A model generated the notes under the pieces. That model did not search any database. It was given only the letters and a program-made list of their open reading frames with translations, and was not told the origin of the DNA. This document shows, in pieces, positions 1 through 9,516 of a stretch of DNA of 42,250 nucleotides (position 1 is its first letter; every line of letters starts with the position of its first letter). A program made the translations under genes and the position numbers. Source of the DNA: Myxococcales bacterium (GTDB taxonomy: Bacteria > Myxococcota_A > Polyangia > Polyangiales > Polyangiaceae); the NCBI GenBank assembly GCA_005800325.1, contig SYFR01000388.1, positions 1 through 42,250 on the forward strand. The letters run 5' to 3'.

Positions 1-930
1 CGGGTGCACCAGCACGACGAGGATCTCCCGGTGGTGCTCGTGACCGGCGCCCCCGTGGTCGAGACGGCCGTCATGGCGCTCGATCACGGCGCGTACAAGT
101 ATCTCTTGAAGCCGGTCGCGGCGCCGCGACTCGAAGAGGTCGTGCGCACCGCCGTGCGCATGCGTCGCATGGCGGAGATTCGACGCGAGGCAGTGCGCGT
201 CGGCGGCGCGGCCCCGACCGACGACCTCGCCGACAGCTTTCGCCGCGCGATGGAATCGATGTGGGTCGCGTATCAGCCGATCGTCCGAAGAAGCGGTGAG
301 CTCTTCGGATACGAGGCGCTGCTGCGGAGCTCGGAGCCGAAGCTGCCGCATCCGGGCGCGGTCGTCGGCGCGGCCGAGCGCCTGAATCGCTTGAACGAGC
401 TCGGGCGCACGGTCCGCCACCGCGCGGCGCAGCCGATCGTTCGCGCAGACGACGGCGCGACGTTGTTCGTCAACCTGCACCCGCGCGACCTCGAGGACGA
501 CGAGCTGCTCTCACCCAACTCGGCGCTGGCGAAGATCGCGACGCGCGTCGTGCTCGAGATCACCGAGCGCTCGGCGGTCGACTCGGTGCAAGATCTCCGT
601 ACCAAGGTGACGCGCCTGCGCGAGGCGGGCTTTCGCATCGCCGTCGACGACCTCGGCGCCGGCTACGCCGGGCTCACGAGCTTCGCCTTGCTCGAGCCCG
701 AGATCGTGAAGATCGATCTGTCCCTCATCCGCGACGTCGATCGCATGCCGGTGAAGCAGCGGCTGGTCGAGTCGATCACCTCGCTGTGCCGCGAGATGAA
801 CATCATGGTCGTGTGCGAGGGCGTCGAGACCGAGGCCGAGCGCGACATGCTGCTCGACCTCGGCTGCGACCTCTTCCAGGGTTTCTACCTGGCGAAGCCG
901 GGACCCGCGTTTCCCACGTTTCGCTGGTGA
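1..930 (+). CDS. Response regulator (C-terminal part of REC) fused to an EAL-domain c-di-GMP phosphodiesterase; the 5' end lies outside the window
   Basis: The frame is open to the window edge. EAL-domain signature blocks are present: YQPIV...GYEALLR, FVNL, LEITE, DDLGAGYAGL, KIDLSLI, EGVETE, QGFYLAKP. The upstream YLLKP resembles the conserved REC lysine region. Confidence 0.85.
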   Translation, partial: RVHQHDEDLPVVLVTGAPVVETAVMALDHGAYKYLLKPVAAPRLEEVVRTAVRMRRMAEIRREAVRVGGAAPTDDLADSFRRAMESMWVAYQPIVRRSGELFGYEALLRSSEPKLPHPGAVVGAAERLNRLNELGRTVRHRAAQPIVRADDGATLFVNLHPRDLEDDELLSPNSALAKIATRVVLEITERSAVDSVQDLRTKVTRLREAGFRIAVDDLGAGYAGLTSFALLEPEIVKIDLSLIRDVDRMPVKQRLVESITSLCREMNIMVVCEGVETEAERDMLLDLGCDLFQGFYLAKPGPAFPTFRW

Positions 931-991
931 GCCGCGCGACGCGGTGCCGGCACGATTGCTCGCGCGCGCCGGCCTCGGGTAGAACCGCACG

Positions 992-2617
992 ATGACACAA
1001 GCACACGGGGGGCGCCTCGTCGCCAAGGCGCTCGCACGGCACGGAACGACGCACCTCTTCACGCTGTGCGGCGGGCACATCCAGGCCATCTACGACGGCT
1101 GCCTCGACGAGGGGATCCGCGTCATCGATACGCGGCACGAGCAGACCGCCGGGCACGCCGCCGACGGCTATGCGCGCGTCACTGGCAGGCCGGGCGTGTG
1201 CGCCGTCACGGCGGGTCCGGGCGTGACGGATGTCGTGACCGCGGTCGCCAACGCGCAGCGCGCCGGGATCCCGATGGTGGTGATCGGCGGCGCCGGTCCG
1301 AACCTGTTGCGCGACATGGGCTCGCTTCAGGACATGGATCACCTCGGGTTGATGCGCTCCATCACGAAGTTCTGCGTGAGCGTGCCGAGCACCGACCGCC
1401 TGCAGGAGTACGTGGACACGGCGTTTCGCATCGCGCAGGCGAACGTGCCGGGCCCCGTCTACCTCGAGATGCCGCTCGACGTGCTCATGGGCTACGCCGA
1501 CGACGCGGCGCCAGCCACACATCCGATCCCGCCGCCGCCCCGTCCCGCCGGGGATCCGGCCTCGATCGCGCAGGCAGCCGCGATGCTCGACGCCGCCGAG
1601 CGCCCCATGTTCATCGTCGGAGGTCAGCTGCGCTGGTCGCCGAAGCGCGACGCCTTGCGGCGCTTCGCCGACGAAGTGGCAGCGCCGTTCTTCTTGAACG
1701 GCATGGCGCGCGGAGGCCTGCCGCACGCGCACCCCGGGCTCATGACGCGCGCACGAAAGGCCGCGCTGGCCGAGACCGATCTCTGCTTCGTCTTCGGCAC
1801 GCCGCTCGACTTTCGCTTGTCCTACGGGCGCGCCATCAACGCCGGCGCCAAGCTCGTGCAGATCGATCTCGACGGGCAAGAGCCCGGGCGCAACCGCCGC
1901 GTCGATGTGGCCATCCACGGCGATACCGGCATCGTGCTCGAGCAGCTACTCGCGGCGTCGAAGAAGCGCGATTTCGCGTCGTGGCGTGCGCGGATTCGTG
2001 TCGCCGACGACGCATCGCGCGCCCAGATGGCCGCCGAGATGACGTCCGCCGACGACCCGCCGAACCCGCTCTTCGTGTGCGCCGAGATCGACGCGCGGCT
2101 CGGCCCGAACGACATCATCATCGGCGACGGCGGCGATTTCGTGGCGACCGCGGCGTACGTCCTTCGCCTGGAGTCGCCGCAGCTCTGGATGGATCCGGGG
2201 CCGCTCGGCACGCTCGGCGTCGGGCCGGGCTACGCGATGGCCGCCAAGCTGGCTCGCCCCGACGCGCGCGTATGGCTCGTTTACGGCGACGGCAGCTTCG
2301 GGCTGCACGCCCTCGAGTTCGAGGCGATGGCGCGTCAAGGGATCCCGGTCATCGGCGTGATCGGCAACGACGCGGCCTGGACGCAGATCCGCCGTGGACA
2401 AGTCGACATGTACGGCGCCGAGCGGGCCGTCGCGACCGGACTCGACTACACGCGCTACGAGAAGGTCGTCGAAGCGGTGGGCGGCTTCGGCCAGTGGGTC
2501 GAGCGCTCCCAGGATCTCGGGCCGGCACTCGACGCCGCGATCGCCTCGGGGAGGCCTGCGTGCGTGAACGTGAAGATCGCGTCCAGCGACTTCCGCAAAG
2601 GCGCCATCAGCGTCTAG
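992..2617 (+). CDS. Thiamine-pyrophosphate-dependent enzyme (acetolactate synthase large subunit / oxalyl-CoA decarboxylase / 2-hydroxyacyl-CoA lyase-like)
   Basis: 541-aa ORF. The N-terminus [22 protein letters not shown]...[30 protein letters not shown] is typical of the TPP pyrimidine-binding domain. The C-terminal block [32 protein letters not shown] is the TPP-binding motif. Substrate specificity cannot be determined by eye. Confidence 0.8.
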   Translation: MTQAHGGRLVAKALARHGTTHLFTLCGGHIQAIYDGCLDEGIRVIDTRHEQTAGHAADGYARVTGRPGVCAVTAGPGVTDVVTAVANAQRAGIPMVVIGGAGPNLLRDMGSLQDMDHLGLMRSITKFCVSVPSTDRLQEYVDTAFRIAQANVPGPVYLEMPLDVLMGYADDAAPATHPIPPPPRPAGDPASIAQAAAMLDAAERPMFIVGGQLRWSPKRDALRRFADEVAAPFFLNGMARGGLPHAHPGLMTRARKAALAETDLCFVFGTPLDFRLSYGRAINAGAKLVQIDLDGQEPGRNRRVDVAIHGDTGIVLEQLLAASKKRDFASWRARIRVADDASRAQMAAEMTSADDPPNPLFVCAEIDARLGPNDIIIGDGGDFVATAAYVLRLESPQLWMDPGPLGTLGVGPGYAMAAKLARPDARVWLVYGDGSFGLHALEFEAMARQGIPVIGVIGNDAAWTQIRRGQVDMYGAERAVATGLDYTRYEKVVEAVGGFGQWVERSQDLGPALDAAIASGRPACVNVKIASSDFRKGAISV

Positions 2618-2678
2618 CTCGGCGCAGGCTCTCGACGAAACCTTCGTGCCCAGCGCGTCTCCGCGAGACTCGACCAGA

Positions 2679-3203
2679 ATGCGCCTCTCGTTCGCCGCAC
2701 CCAATCTGCGAGCGCTCGACGCGACCGGAAGCGAAGTGCTGTGTTGCACCAAGTGGCGCGGACGGGGCGACCACGACGGCGTCGCGAGCCTGTGCGACTG
2801 GCGCCTCTCGGGCGGCCTGTCGAAGGTGGTGCGGAGCGGCTTGTTCACCGGCAATTTCGGCGACACGTTGCTCGTCCCCGGGCGCCCGAAGCTCCCGTGC
2901 GACAAGCTCCTCGTCTTTGGCGCCGGGGAGCCAGGCGAGCTCGACGAGACGCGCTTTCGGACCTTGCTCGCGCGCATGCTCGGAGCCATCGCCGACCTCG
3001 CGGCACAGTCCGTCGTCATCGAGCTGCCGGGGCGCCAGTGCGAGCTCATCGCGCCGGAGCTCGCCGCCGACGTGTTGCTCGAGGCCCTGACCGCGTCCGG
3101 TGCCAAGAGTGAGCGGTGGACCTTGGTCGAAGACGCCGTGGCCCAGCGACGCATCGAGCAGCACATGGTCGAGGAGCGACGCCGCATTCGACACGCACCG
3201 TGA
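2679..3203 (+). CDS. Hypothetical protein (~174 aa)
   Basis: ORF 2646..3203 (GTG). I prefer the ATG at 2679 (MRLSFAAPNL...). The composition is protein-like rather than an Arg/Ala/Pro off-frame shadow. There is a faint resemblance to the non-catalytic N-terminal domain of M17 aminopeptidases, from memory and unverified. Confidence 0.4.
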   Translation: MRLSFAAPNLRALDATGSEVLCCTKWRGRGDHDGVASLCDWRLSGGLSKVVRSGLFTGNFGDTLLVPGRPKLPCDKLLVFGAGEPGELDETRFRTLLARMLGAIADLAAQSVVIELPGRQCELIAPELAADVLLEALTASGAKSERWTLVEDAVAQRRIEQHMVEERRRIRHAP

Positions 3204-3229
3204 GCCGGCCGCGGATTAGGATCCGTCGC

Positions 3230-4861
3230 ATGCGGGAAGATGCCCCGATATTCCGCTTCAATCGCGAGCGAGCGCACCTCTGTTCACTGACCGTGGCGCG
3301 CGTGTTGTCGCAGTTGACGGACGCGCTCCACACGCTGAACGACGCCTGCTACTTCGAGACGCGCCGCCTCGACGGGTCGAAGCGCAAGAAGGACAAGGAG
3401 CGCCTCCTACGCTGGCGCTGGCTCGCGCGGCAGCTCGCCAAGATGGGCGACGACGAGCGGCGCGCCGAGCTCGAGATCCTCGCCCGGGGCTACGTCGAGG
3501 ACATCGCGGGCAACTTCGATCCGCGCGTGTTTCGGGTGAGCGCGCGCATCCTGCCCTCGCTCGTCACGAGCCTCCTCGCCCCGCGTAAGATCCCGGCGCT
3601 CGCGCGCGAACCTGCAAAGCTCATGCGCCTCGACGCCCTCAAGGACGAGGTCAAGGTCGAGGGCGATCTCGCGGGGCTTCGCTCGCTCGCCGGCAAGGGG
3701 ACGCTCGTCTACGTGCCGACGCACTCCTCGAACATGGACTCGATCGTGTTCGGCTATGCGCTCGAGCGCGCGGGCCTTCCGCCGGCGACCTACGGCGCCG
3801 GAAAGAACCTGTTCACGAACCCGCTGCTCTCCTTTTTCATGCACAACCTCGGCGCCTACAAGGTCGACAGGCGCCTCAAGCATGGGCTCTACAAGGACTG
3901 CCTCAAGGCCTACTCCAGCGTCCTGCTCGAGAACCGCTACCACTCGCTGTTCTTTCCTGGCGGCACGCGCTCGCGCTCGGGCTCTGTCGAATCCAAGCTG
4001 AAGCTCGGGCTCATGGGAACCGGCATCGAGGCCTACACGCGGTCGCTGCTCGCCGGGCAAGAGCGGAAGATCTTCTTCGTGCCGTGCACCATCAACTATC
4101 TCCTCGCGCTCGAGGCCGAGACGCTGATCGAGGACTTCTTGAGCGACGCTGGGAAGGCTCGCTACATCATCGTCGACGACGAGTCGTCGCGCCTCTACCG
4201 GATCGCCGCGTTCGCGAAGAAGCTCCTCACGATGGAGAGCTCGGTCGTGATTCGCTTCGGCTCGCCGCTCGATCCGTTCGGCTCGCGGGTCGACGCCGAC
4301 GGCACGAGCTTCGACACGCGCGGTCGCGCCGTGGCTCCGAAGAGCTACGTCACCGGCCTCGACGGCGGGCTTCGCATTGACCCCGCCCGCGACGCGCAAT
4401 ACACGCGCGAGCTCGGCCGCGCCCTCGTCAAGAGCTACCGCGAGAACACCGTCGTCATGGCGACGCACCTCGTGGCCGCCGCGTGCTTCGAGCACCTCTT
4501 CGAGCAGGGCCGACGCGCCGACCTGTACACGACGCTGCGCATCCACGACGAGCGCATCCCGCGCGACACGCTCGCTCGCCTCGTGCTCGAGAAGAGGGAC
4601 CGCCTCACCGAGCTCGAACGACGTGGCGAGGTCGTCGTGGCCGCTCCGATCAGGGCCGCCTCGGGCGGGGACATCGTGGCGCAGGCCATGACCGCGTTCC
4701 GCGGCTATCACACGAGCCCCGTGCTCGAGCCGCGCGAGGATGGCATCGTGCTCGCGGATCCGCGCCTGCTCTTCTACTACCAGAACCGCCTCGCGCGGCA
4801 CGGCCTCGCCTACGACGCCGACGCGAGCGTTCCCGGCCGAGCCAAGGGAGGTGCCGCATGA
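3230..4861 (+). CDS. PlsB-like glycerol-3-phosphate / lysophospholipid acyltransferase (LPLAT superfamily)
   Basis: HX4D acyltransferase motif in YVPTHSSNMDSIVFGY, and an FFPGGTRSRSG block resembling PlsB block III. I prefer the ATG at 3230 (MREDAPIF) over the Arg-rich extension from 3116. Its stop overlaps the gpsA start (ATGA). Confidence 0.75.
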   Translation: MREDAPIFRFNRERAHLCSLTVARVLSQLTDALHTLNDACYFETRRLDGSKRKKDKERLLRWRWLARQLAKMGDDERRAELEILARGYVEDIAGNFDPRVFRVSARILPSLVTSLLAPRKIPALAREPAKLMRLDALKDEVKVEGDLAGLRSLAGKGTLVYVPTHSSNMDSIVFGYALERAGLPPATYGAGKNLFTNPLLSFFMHNLGAYKVDRRLKHGLYKDCLKAYSSVLLENRYHSLFFPGGTRSRSGSVESKLKLGLMGTGIEAYTRSLLAGQERKIFFVPCTINYLLALEAETLIEDFLSDAGKARYIIVDDESSRLYRIAAFAKKLLTMESSVVIRFGSPLDPFGSRVDADGTSFDTRGRAVAPKSYVTGLDGGLRIDPARDAQYTRELGRALVKSYRENTVVMATHLVAAACFEHLFEQGRRADLYTTLRIHDERIPRDTLARLVLEKRDRLTELERRGEVVVAAPIRAASGGDIVAQAMTAFRGYHTSPVLEPREDGIVLADPRLLFYYQNRLARHGLAYDADASVPGRAKGGAA

Positions 4862-5802
4862 CGCGCGCTCCGCGGAGCGCGACGATCGGCGTGCTCGGCG
4901 GCGGCCCGTGGGGCCTCGCCCTCGCCAAAGCCGCGAGCCGCGGAGGCGCGCGCGCCGTCCTCTATTCGCGCCGCGTCCCGGAAGATGCGCTGCCCGAGCT
5001 CCACGTGACGCGGGAGCTCGCCGAGCTCGCCGAGGCGCGCCTCATCTTCGTCGCGGTGCCTTCAGAGCTCGCACGACCCGTGTTGCGCGAGCTCGGCGAC
5101 CACCTCGACGGGAGCCACGTTCTCGTCCACGGCGTGCGAGGGCTCGTCGGGGAGGAGCTCGCCACGGTGTCCGACCTCGTGCGTGACGAGACCCCCGTTC
5201 GCCGAGTGGGTGCGCTCGGCGGTCCAGTGCAAGCCGACGAGCTCGACCTTGATCGCCCCTCGGCCATCGTCGTCGCCTCCGAGTTTCGCGAGGTCACGCG
5301 GGCCGTGCGCGCGCACCTCGAGAGCGAGCGCCTCCTCGTGCACGAGAGCCTCGATGTCCGCGGTCTCGAGTGGGCCTCGGCGCTCGTCGGCTGCCTCTCG
5401 ATCGGCGTCGGTTTCGCGCAGGCGCGGCCCGCCGTGTCGCCGGGCATGCTCGCCGCCCTCATCTCGCGCGCCGTGCTCGAGGCCGTGTCGATCGCGCTCG
5501 CGGCCGGCGGGCTCGAAGAGCGCACGTTTTACGGGCTCGGCGGCTATGGCGATCTGCTGGCATCGATGGCGCTGCCCAATCGCCCCGAGATGCTCCTCGG
5601 CCGCGCGCTCAGCGAAGGTTGCGACCTCGCGGGCGCGCGCGCGACTGCCAAGCTGCGTATCGAGGCGATCGAGCTCGTGCCACGCGTCACCGCGTTCGCC
5701 GAGCGACGTGGGCTGCGGTGCGATGTCTTCCGTGCGCTCTCGGCGATCCTCGACGGGACGGCCGAGCCCGCGAGCATCGTGCGGTCGCTGTTTGCCAACT
5801 AA
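4858..5802 (+). CDS. gpsA: NAD(P)H-dependent glycerol-3-phosphate dehydrogenase
   Basis: The N-terminal Rossmann motif IGVLGGGPWGLALA and the GGPVQADEL and GLGGYGDLLAS blocks are typical of GpsA. The ATG at 4858 overlaps the upstream TGA (ATGA). The longer ORF from 4483 is an Arg-rich off-frame extension. Confidence 0.85.
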   Translation: MTRAPRSATIGVLGGGPWGLALAKAASRGGARAVLYSRRVPEDALPELHVTRELAELAEARLIFVAVPSELARPVLRELGDHLDGSHVLVHGVRGLVGEELATVSDLVRDETPVRRVGALGGPVQADELDLDRPSAIVVASEFREVTRAVRAHLESERLLVHESLDVRGLEWASALVGCLSIGVGFAQARPAVSPGMLAALISRAVLEAVSIALAAGGLEERTFYGLGGYGDLLASMALPNRPEMLLGRALSEGCDLAGARATAKLRIEAIELVPRVTAFAERRGLRCDVFRALSAILDGTAEPASIVRSLFAN

Positions 5803-5820
5803 TCGGAGCTCGCTCCGATT
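5801..5820 (+). terminator. Possible stem-loop directly after the gpsA stop, between convergent genes
   Basis: aatcggag-ctcg-ctccgatt forms a perfect 8-bp stem with a 4-nt loop and starts inside the TAA stop. A second 6-bp GC stem (cgccgc-accc-gcggcg) lies at 5826..5841. There is no U-tract, so this is weak. Confidence 0.3.
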
Positions 5821-5868
5821 GCCCGCGCCGCACCCGCGGCGGCGCGAGCACGCGACGCGCTGAACGCG

Positions 5869-6543
5869 CTAGATGCCGCATTCGCTCGCGCACTTGGCCT
5901 GCACGCAGGACACGATGGCCTTCGTCGCGTCGCTGTCGTTCTTCATGGCGCAGTCGGCCATGCACATCGGGTCGCCATTGCAGCCTTGCGCGCACTGGAG
6001 AAACTCGAGGCATTTCGGCTCCGATTGACAGGCCTTGACCTCGTTGCCGCAGTTCGAAAATGCGCACGACTGGCAGTCGCCCTGACCGGAGCCGCCCTGG
6101 CCGCCACCGCCTGCGCCCGAGGTGCCGCCCTGGCACCCCTGAACGCATCCCGCGAGCTTGGGATCCGGCATGCTGCCAAGGATCGACGCGATGGCGGCGC
6201 AATCGGCGTCGAGCACGCACGCCGCCGGGCAGTCGGACGCCGGATCGGCGCAGTCGAGCGCAGGGATCTGCGAGCAGACGTTGCCGAAGCCGCACTCGTT
6301 GGCGAGCTTGTCGCACGCCTGGTCGCAGGTGCTGCCGCCTCCGGTCGTCGACGAGCTCGACGAGGAGCTCGTCACCGCCGTCGTGACCGCCGTCGAGGTC
6401 ACGGTAGCCACCACCATGCCGGGATCGCCGCCGCTGCCGCCCGAGCCGGAGCCGCTGCTCGCGAAGTCCGTCACCTCCGAGCCGCACGCGACGTGACCGA
6501 GGAAGAGAGCCGCAACACCGAGCACCGACAACGAACGAAGCAT
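5869..6543 (-). CDS. Secreted Cys-rich lipoprotein, function unknown
   Basis: MLRSLSVLGVAALFLGHVAC is a signal peptide with a lipobox Cys. A Ser/Thr/Gly linker follows, then a domain with about 22 Cys (hand count). I prefer the ATG at 6543 over 6573. Confidence 0.7.
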   Translation of the reverse strand: MLRSLSVLGVAALFLGHVACGSEVTDFASSGSGSGGSGGDPGMVVATVTSTAVTTAVTSSSSSSSTTGGGSTCDQACDKLANECGFGNVCSQIPALDCADPASDCPAACVLDADCAAIASILGSMPDPKLAGCVQGCQGGTSGAGGGGQGGSGQGDCQSCAFSNCGNEVKACQSEPKCLEFLQCAQGCNGDPMCMADCAMKNDSDATKAIVSCVQAKCASECGI

Positions 6544-6647
6544 GTGTCTCCTCCGCGAATGAGAGCCGCCCACGCACGACGCCAGGCCGGCCCAAGCCGG
6601 ACCTCAAGATACACGGCGGCCCCGAGCAACGGTAGCGCCGCTTGCAG

Positions 6648-9383
6648 TCACCGCGTGCGCGGCGGCCGAAGGAGGGCGATCTCCGGGTCGTCGGGATCGA
6701 GCCGTGAAAACTCGTCGACCACGCGCGCCGCCTCTTCGTGCTGGCCGAGCTCGACGAGCAGGCGGTGAAGCCCGAGCACCGCCGGCCGATGCATCGGCTC
6801 GAGCACCAGCGCGACCCGAAAGCACTGCTCGGCCTCGTGCACGCGGCCGGCCCGAGCGCACGCACGCGCGCCATTCGTCAGGGTCCGGGTCTCCTTCGTC
6901 CCCGGAGACAGCTTGAGGGCTCGCGCAAATGCCGTGACGGCTTCGTCGTTTCGCCCCGCCTCGAAATGCGCCTCGCCCTCGTCGTTGGCGCGATCGATCT
7001 CCGCGGCGTTCGCCATCGCGCGCGCCAGCTCTTCCGCGAGCTTTGCCACGCCCTCGAGGTCGCGGCCCTCATACAAGGCGTGCTCCGAGGCGACGAACCT
7101 CACGAGGCCGAGCCGCCCGTTGTGGTGTTGGTTCCTCATCTCCTCGGCGAGCTTTGCGAAATACGCGGGCCAGCAATTGCCCCACGGGATCTGCGGCGTG
7201 ACGTCGCTCTTGCGCATGAATTCGAGGAGCTTCGGGCGCGAGAGCGCGAGCACGCGGGGCAGGCCATCCTCCGCGATCTCGGCCTCGGGCCGCGTCCGCC
7301 TCTCGTCGCGAATGAGCGCGGTCGTCTCCCGCACGAGCTCGTCGCGGCGCAAGACGCCGACGTTTTCGCCAGTGACGCGGTAGCCGGCGACGAGCGCATC
7401 GAGGACGTGCAGCCGCGCATGGCGGAAAAACCTGAGCCATAGCTCGGTGTCGAACGCGAGCCGATGCGCTGGTTCGACCTTGCCGCCGGCCTGGTCCCAC
7501 AGCCGTCGTCGCCAGTAGGTGCTCTCTTGTTTAATGAAGGGCTGGCCGAAGCCCAGCTCGAGATGCTTCGTGCGCGCGTAGTAGGGGACCTCGACAGCGA
7601 CGCCCGTCAGCATGCCCTCGCTGTCCCACCCCGAGGGCCGCCCGGTGAGCCAATCGAGCTCCGGGTGCTGCTGAAAGGCCCACGCCATCTTCCACAGCGC
7701 CCCCGGGTGGAGCTTGTCGTCCGAGTTGAGCCAGCCCATGACGTCGCCGGTCGAGCGGGCGAAGCCGGCGTTGAGCGCGCTCGCGTGGCCGCCGTCCTCC
7801 GCGCTCTGCCAGTACGAGAGCTCGGTCGCGTGGCGCCGCAGGATCTCGATCGACGCATCCGTGCTGCCGCCGTCCATCACGATGTACTCGAGGTTCGGGT
7901 AGCCCTGCGCGAGCACCGACTGGATGCACTCCTCGAGATAGCGGCCCTGATTGTAGGAGGGCGTGACGATCGTGATGCGCGGGAGCTTGGCCTGGCGCGA
8001 GGTCACGACGCGCGGCGCGCGGGCTCGCAAGGCGGCCATCTCCGGCTCGTCGGGGTCGAAGCGCGCAAACTCCTCGACCACCCGCGCCGCGTCGTCGGGC
8101 CGCCCCGCCCGCGTGTAGAGGGCATGCAGGCAGAGCGCCGCGGACTTGTTCATGGGCGCGAGCTCGAGCGCGCCGCGGGCGTGGCGCTCGGCATCGTCGT
8201 CGTGCCCGAGCGCCGCCACCGCTGCGGCGCAATTTGCGAGCGTCCGCGTGTCGGACTCGTTCGGGCACTTCCCGAGGGCTCTCTCGAAACGCGCCAGAGC
8301 CTCTCGCGCCTGGCCGGCAGCGAGCAGAACGGCACCCTCGTCGTTGAGTCGCGCGCACTCGACCACGCGTGGGAGCACGCCATCACGGGCGGCGCGCGCC
8401 TCCTCCAGGTTCTCGAGCACTTGTCCATCGAAGAGCTCCAGCTCATCCGCGATGAACTGCACGACCTCGTGCTGGCCATCGGCGTAGTTGCCCTTGATGA
8501 GCCCCGTGAGCCCCCAGAAGTAGCGCTCCCAACCGCGGCCCCACGCCGGCGCTCGCTCGAGGCCAAAGTCGCGAGCCAGCGCCACGACTTCGCGGCGAGC
8601 GAGCCGGAGCACACGCGGAAGCGGCGACCGCGGCGCTCGGTCCTCCGCCGCGAGGGCGCGCTCGGCGAGCACGTGCTGGGCCGCGCGCATGCAGAGCTCG
8701 TCGTGGTTGAGCACGGCCAGGTTCGCGCCCGTGATCCGATAACCGCTCAGGAGCGAGTCGAGGATGTGGAGGCGCGCGCGGCGAAAAAAGCGCAGCCACA
8801 GCTCGGTGTCGAACGTCAGCCGCAGCGCGGGGTCGACCTGGCCTCCGGCCCGCTGCCAGAGGGAGCGGCGCCAGAACGTGCTGTCTTGCTGGATGAAGGG
8901 ATTGTCGAAATTGAGCTCGAGGTGCTTGCGGCGCGACAGCTGCGGAAGCTCGGGCGCGATCCAAGCGAGGCGGCCGTCCCCCTCCCAAATCGCGCTGCGG
9001 CCCGTCAGCCACTCGAGCTCAGGGTGTTGCCCGAACATCGCGGCGACCTTCCACAGCGCATAGGGCTGAAGCATGTCGTCGGAGTTGAGCCACGCCATGA
9101 TCTCCCCCGTCCCGCGCGCGAAGCCCGCATTGATGGCGCGCACCTGGCCGCCATCCGGGCAGCTCTGCCAGTACGAGAGGCGCGTCGCGTGCCTTTGGAT
9201 GATGTCGGCAGAGCCATCGGTGCTTCCGCCATCCATCACGATGTACTCGAGGTTCGGGTAGCCCTGCGAGAGCACCGAGAGCATGCACGCCTCGAGGTAC
9301 TCGGCCTGGTGGTACGAGGGCGTGACGATCGTGATCTTCGGCAGCGGCGGGCGCTTCGCGGAGATCGCAAGGGGTGAGGTCAT
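6648..9383 (-). CDS. Double-module family-2 glycosyltransferase: two tandem copies of (GT2 catalytic domain + linker + TPR-like helical region) in one 911-aa polypeptide
   Basis: The two copies are offset by 453 aa. Copy 1 reads KITIVTPSYHQAEYL...YPNLEYIVMDGGSTDGS...WLNSDD. Copy 2 reads RITIVTPSYNQGRYL...YPNLEYIVMDGGSTDAS...WLNSDD. Both C-terminal parts are Ala/Leu/Arg-rich TPR-like helices. Confidence 0.85.
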   Translation of the reverse strand: MTSPLAISAKRPPLPKITIVTPSYHQAEYLEACMLSVLSQGYPNLEYIVMDGGSTDGSADIIQRHATRLSYWQSCPDGGQVRAINAGFARGTGEIMAWLNSDDMLQPYALWKVAAMFGQHPELEWLTGRSAIWEGDGRLAWIAPELPQLSRRKHLELNFDNPFIQQDSTFWRRSLWQRAGGQVDPALRLTFDTELWLRFFRRARLHILDSLLSGYRITGANLAVLNHDELCMRAAQHVLAERALAAEDRAPRSPLPRVLRLARREVVALARDFGLERAPAWGRGWERYFWGLTGLIKGNYADGQHEVVQFIADELELFDGQVLENLEEARAARDGVLPRVVECARLNDEGAVLLAAGQAREALARFERALGKCPNESDTRTLANCAAAVAALGHDDDAERHARGALELAPMNKSAALCLHALYTRAGRPDDAARVVEEFARFDPDEPEMAALRARAPRVVTSRQAKLPRITIVTPSYNQGRYLEECIQSVLAQGYPNLEYIVMDGGSTDASIEILRRHATELSYWQSAEDGGHASALNAGFARSTGDVMGWLNSDDKLHPGALWKMAWAFQQHPELDWLTGRPSGWDSEGMLTGVAVEVPYYARTKHLELGFGQPFIKQESTYWRRRLWDQAGGKVEPAHRLAFDTELWLRFFRHARLHVLDALVAGYRVTGENVGVLRRDELVRETTALIRDERRTRPEAEIAEDGLPRVLALSRPKLLEFMRKSDVTPQIPWGNCWPAYFAKLAEEMRNQHHNGRLGLVRFVASEHALYEGRDLEGVAKLAEELARAMANAAEIDRANDEGEAHFEAGRNDEAVTAFARALKLSPGTKETRTLTNGARACARAGRVHEAEQCFRVALVLEPMHRPAVLGLHRLLVELGQHEEAARVVDEFSRLDPDDPEIALLRPPRTR

Positions 9384-9516
9384 CGTCGCGCGGGCTCATT
9401 GGTCGGGCGCGCGCGCAGGCTGCGTCACGCCGCTCGACGCGGGTGTAGCGGACCGTAGCGCGTCGATTCGTTGGGGGCGACGCCGATTGGCGCCGCAGCG
9501 TGCCGCGCCAGCGGCG

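Noticed and set aside
803-3277. Long overlapping ORFs 803..1918(-), 1066..3090(+, 674 aa) and 1946..3277(-)
   Set aside because: Their translations are Arg/Ala/Pro/Gly-rich low-complexity strings typical of off-frame or antisense reading of GC-rich coding DNA. They overlap ORFs with clear TPP-enzyme and other domain signatures.
7464-9377. 637-aa plus-strand ORF antisense to the glycosyltransferase gene, together with 7531..8358(-) and 8443..9012(-)
   Set aside because: These are shadow ORFs with no recognisable motif. The minus-strand 911-aa frame carries two complete GT2 signatures.
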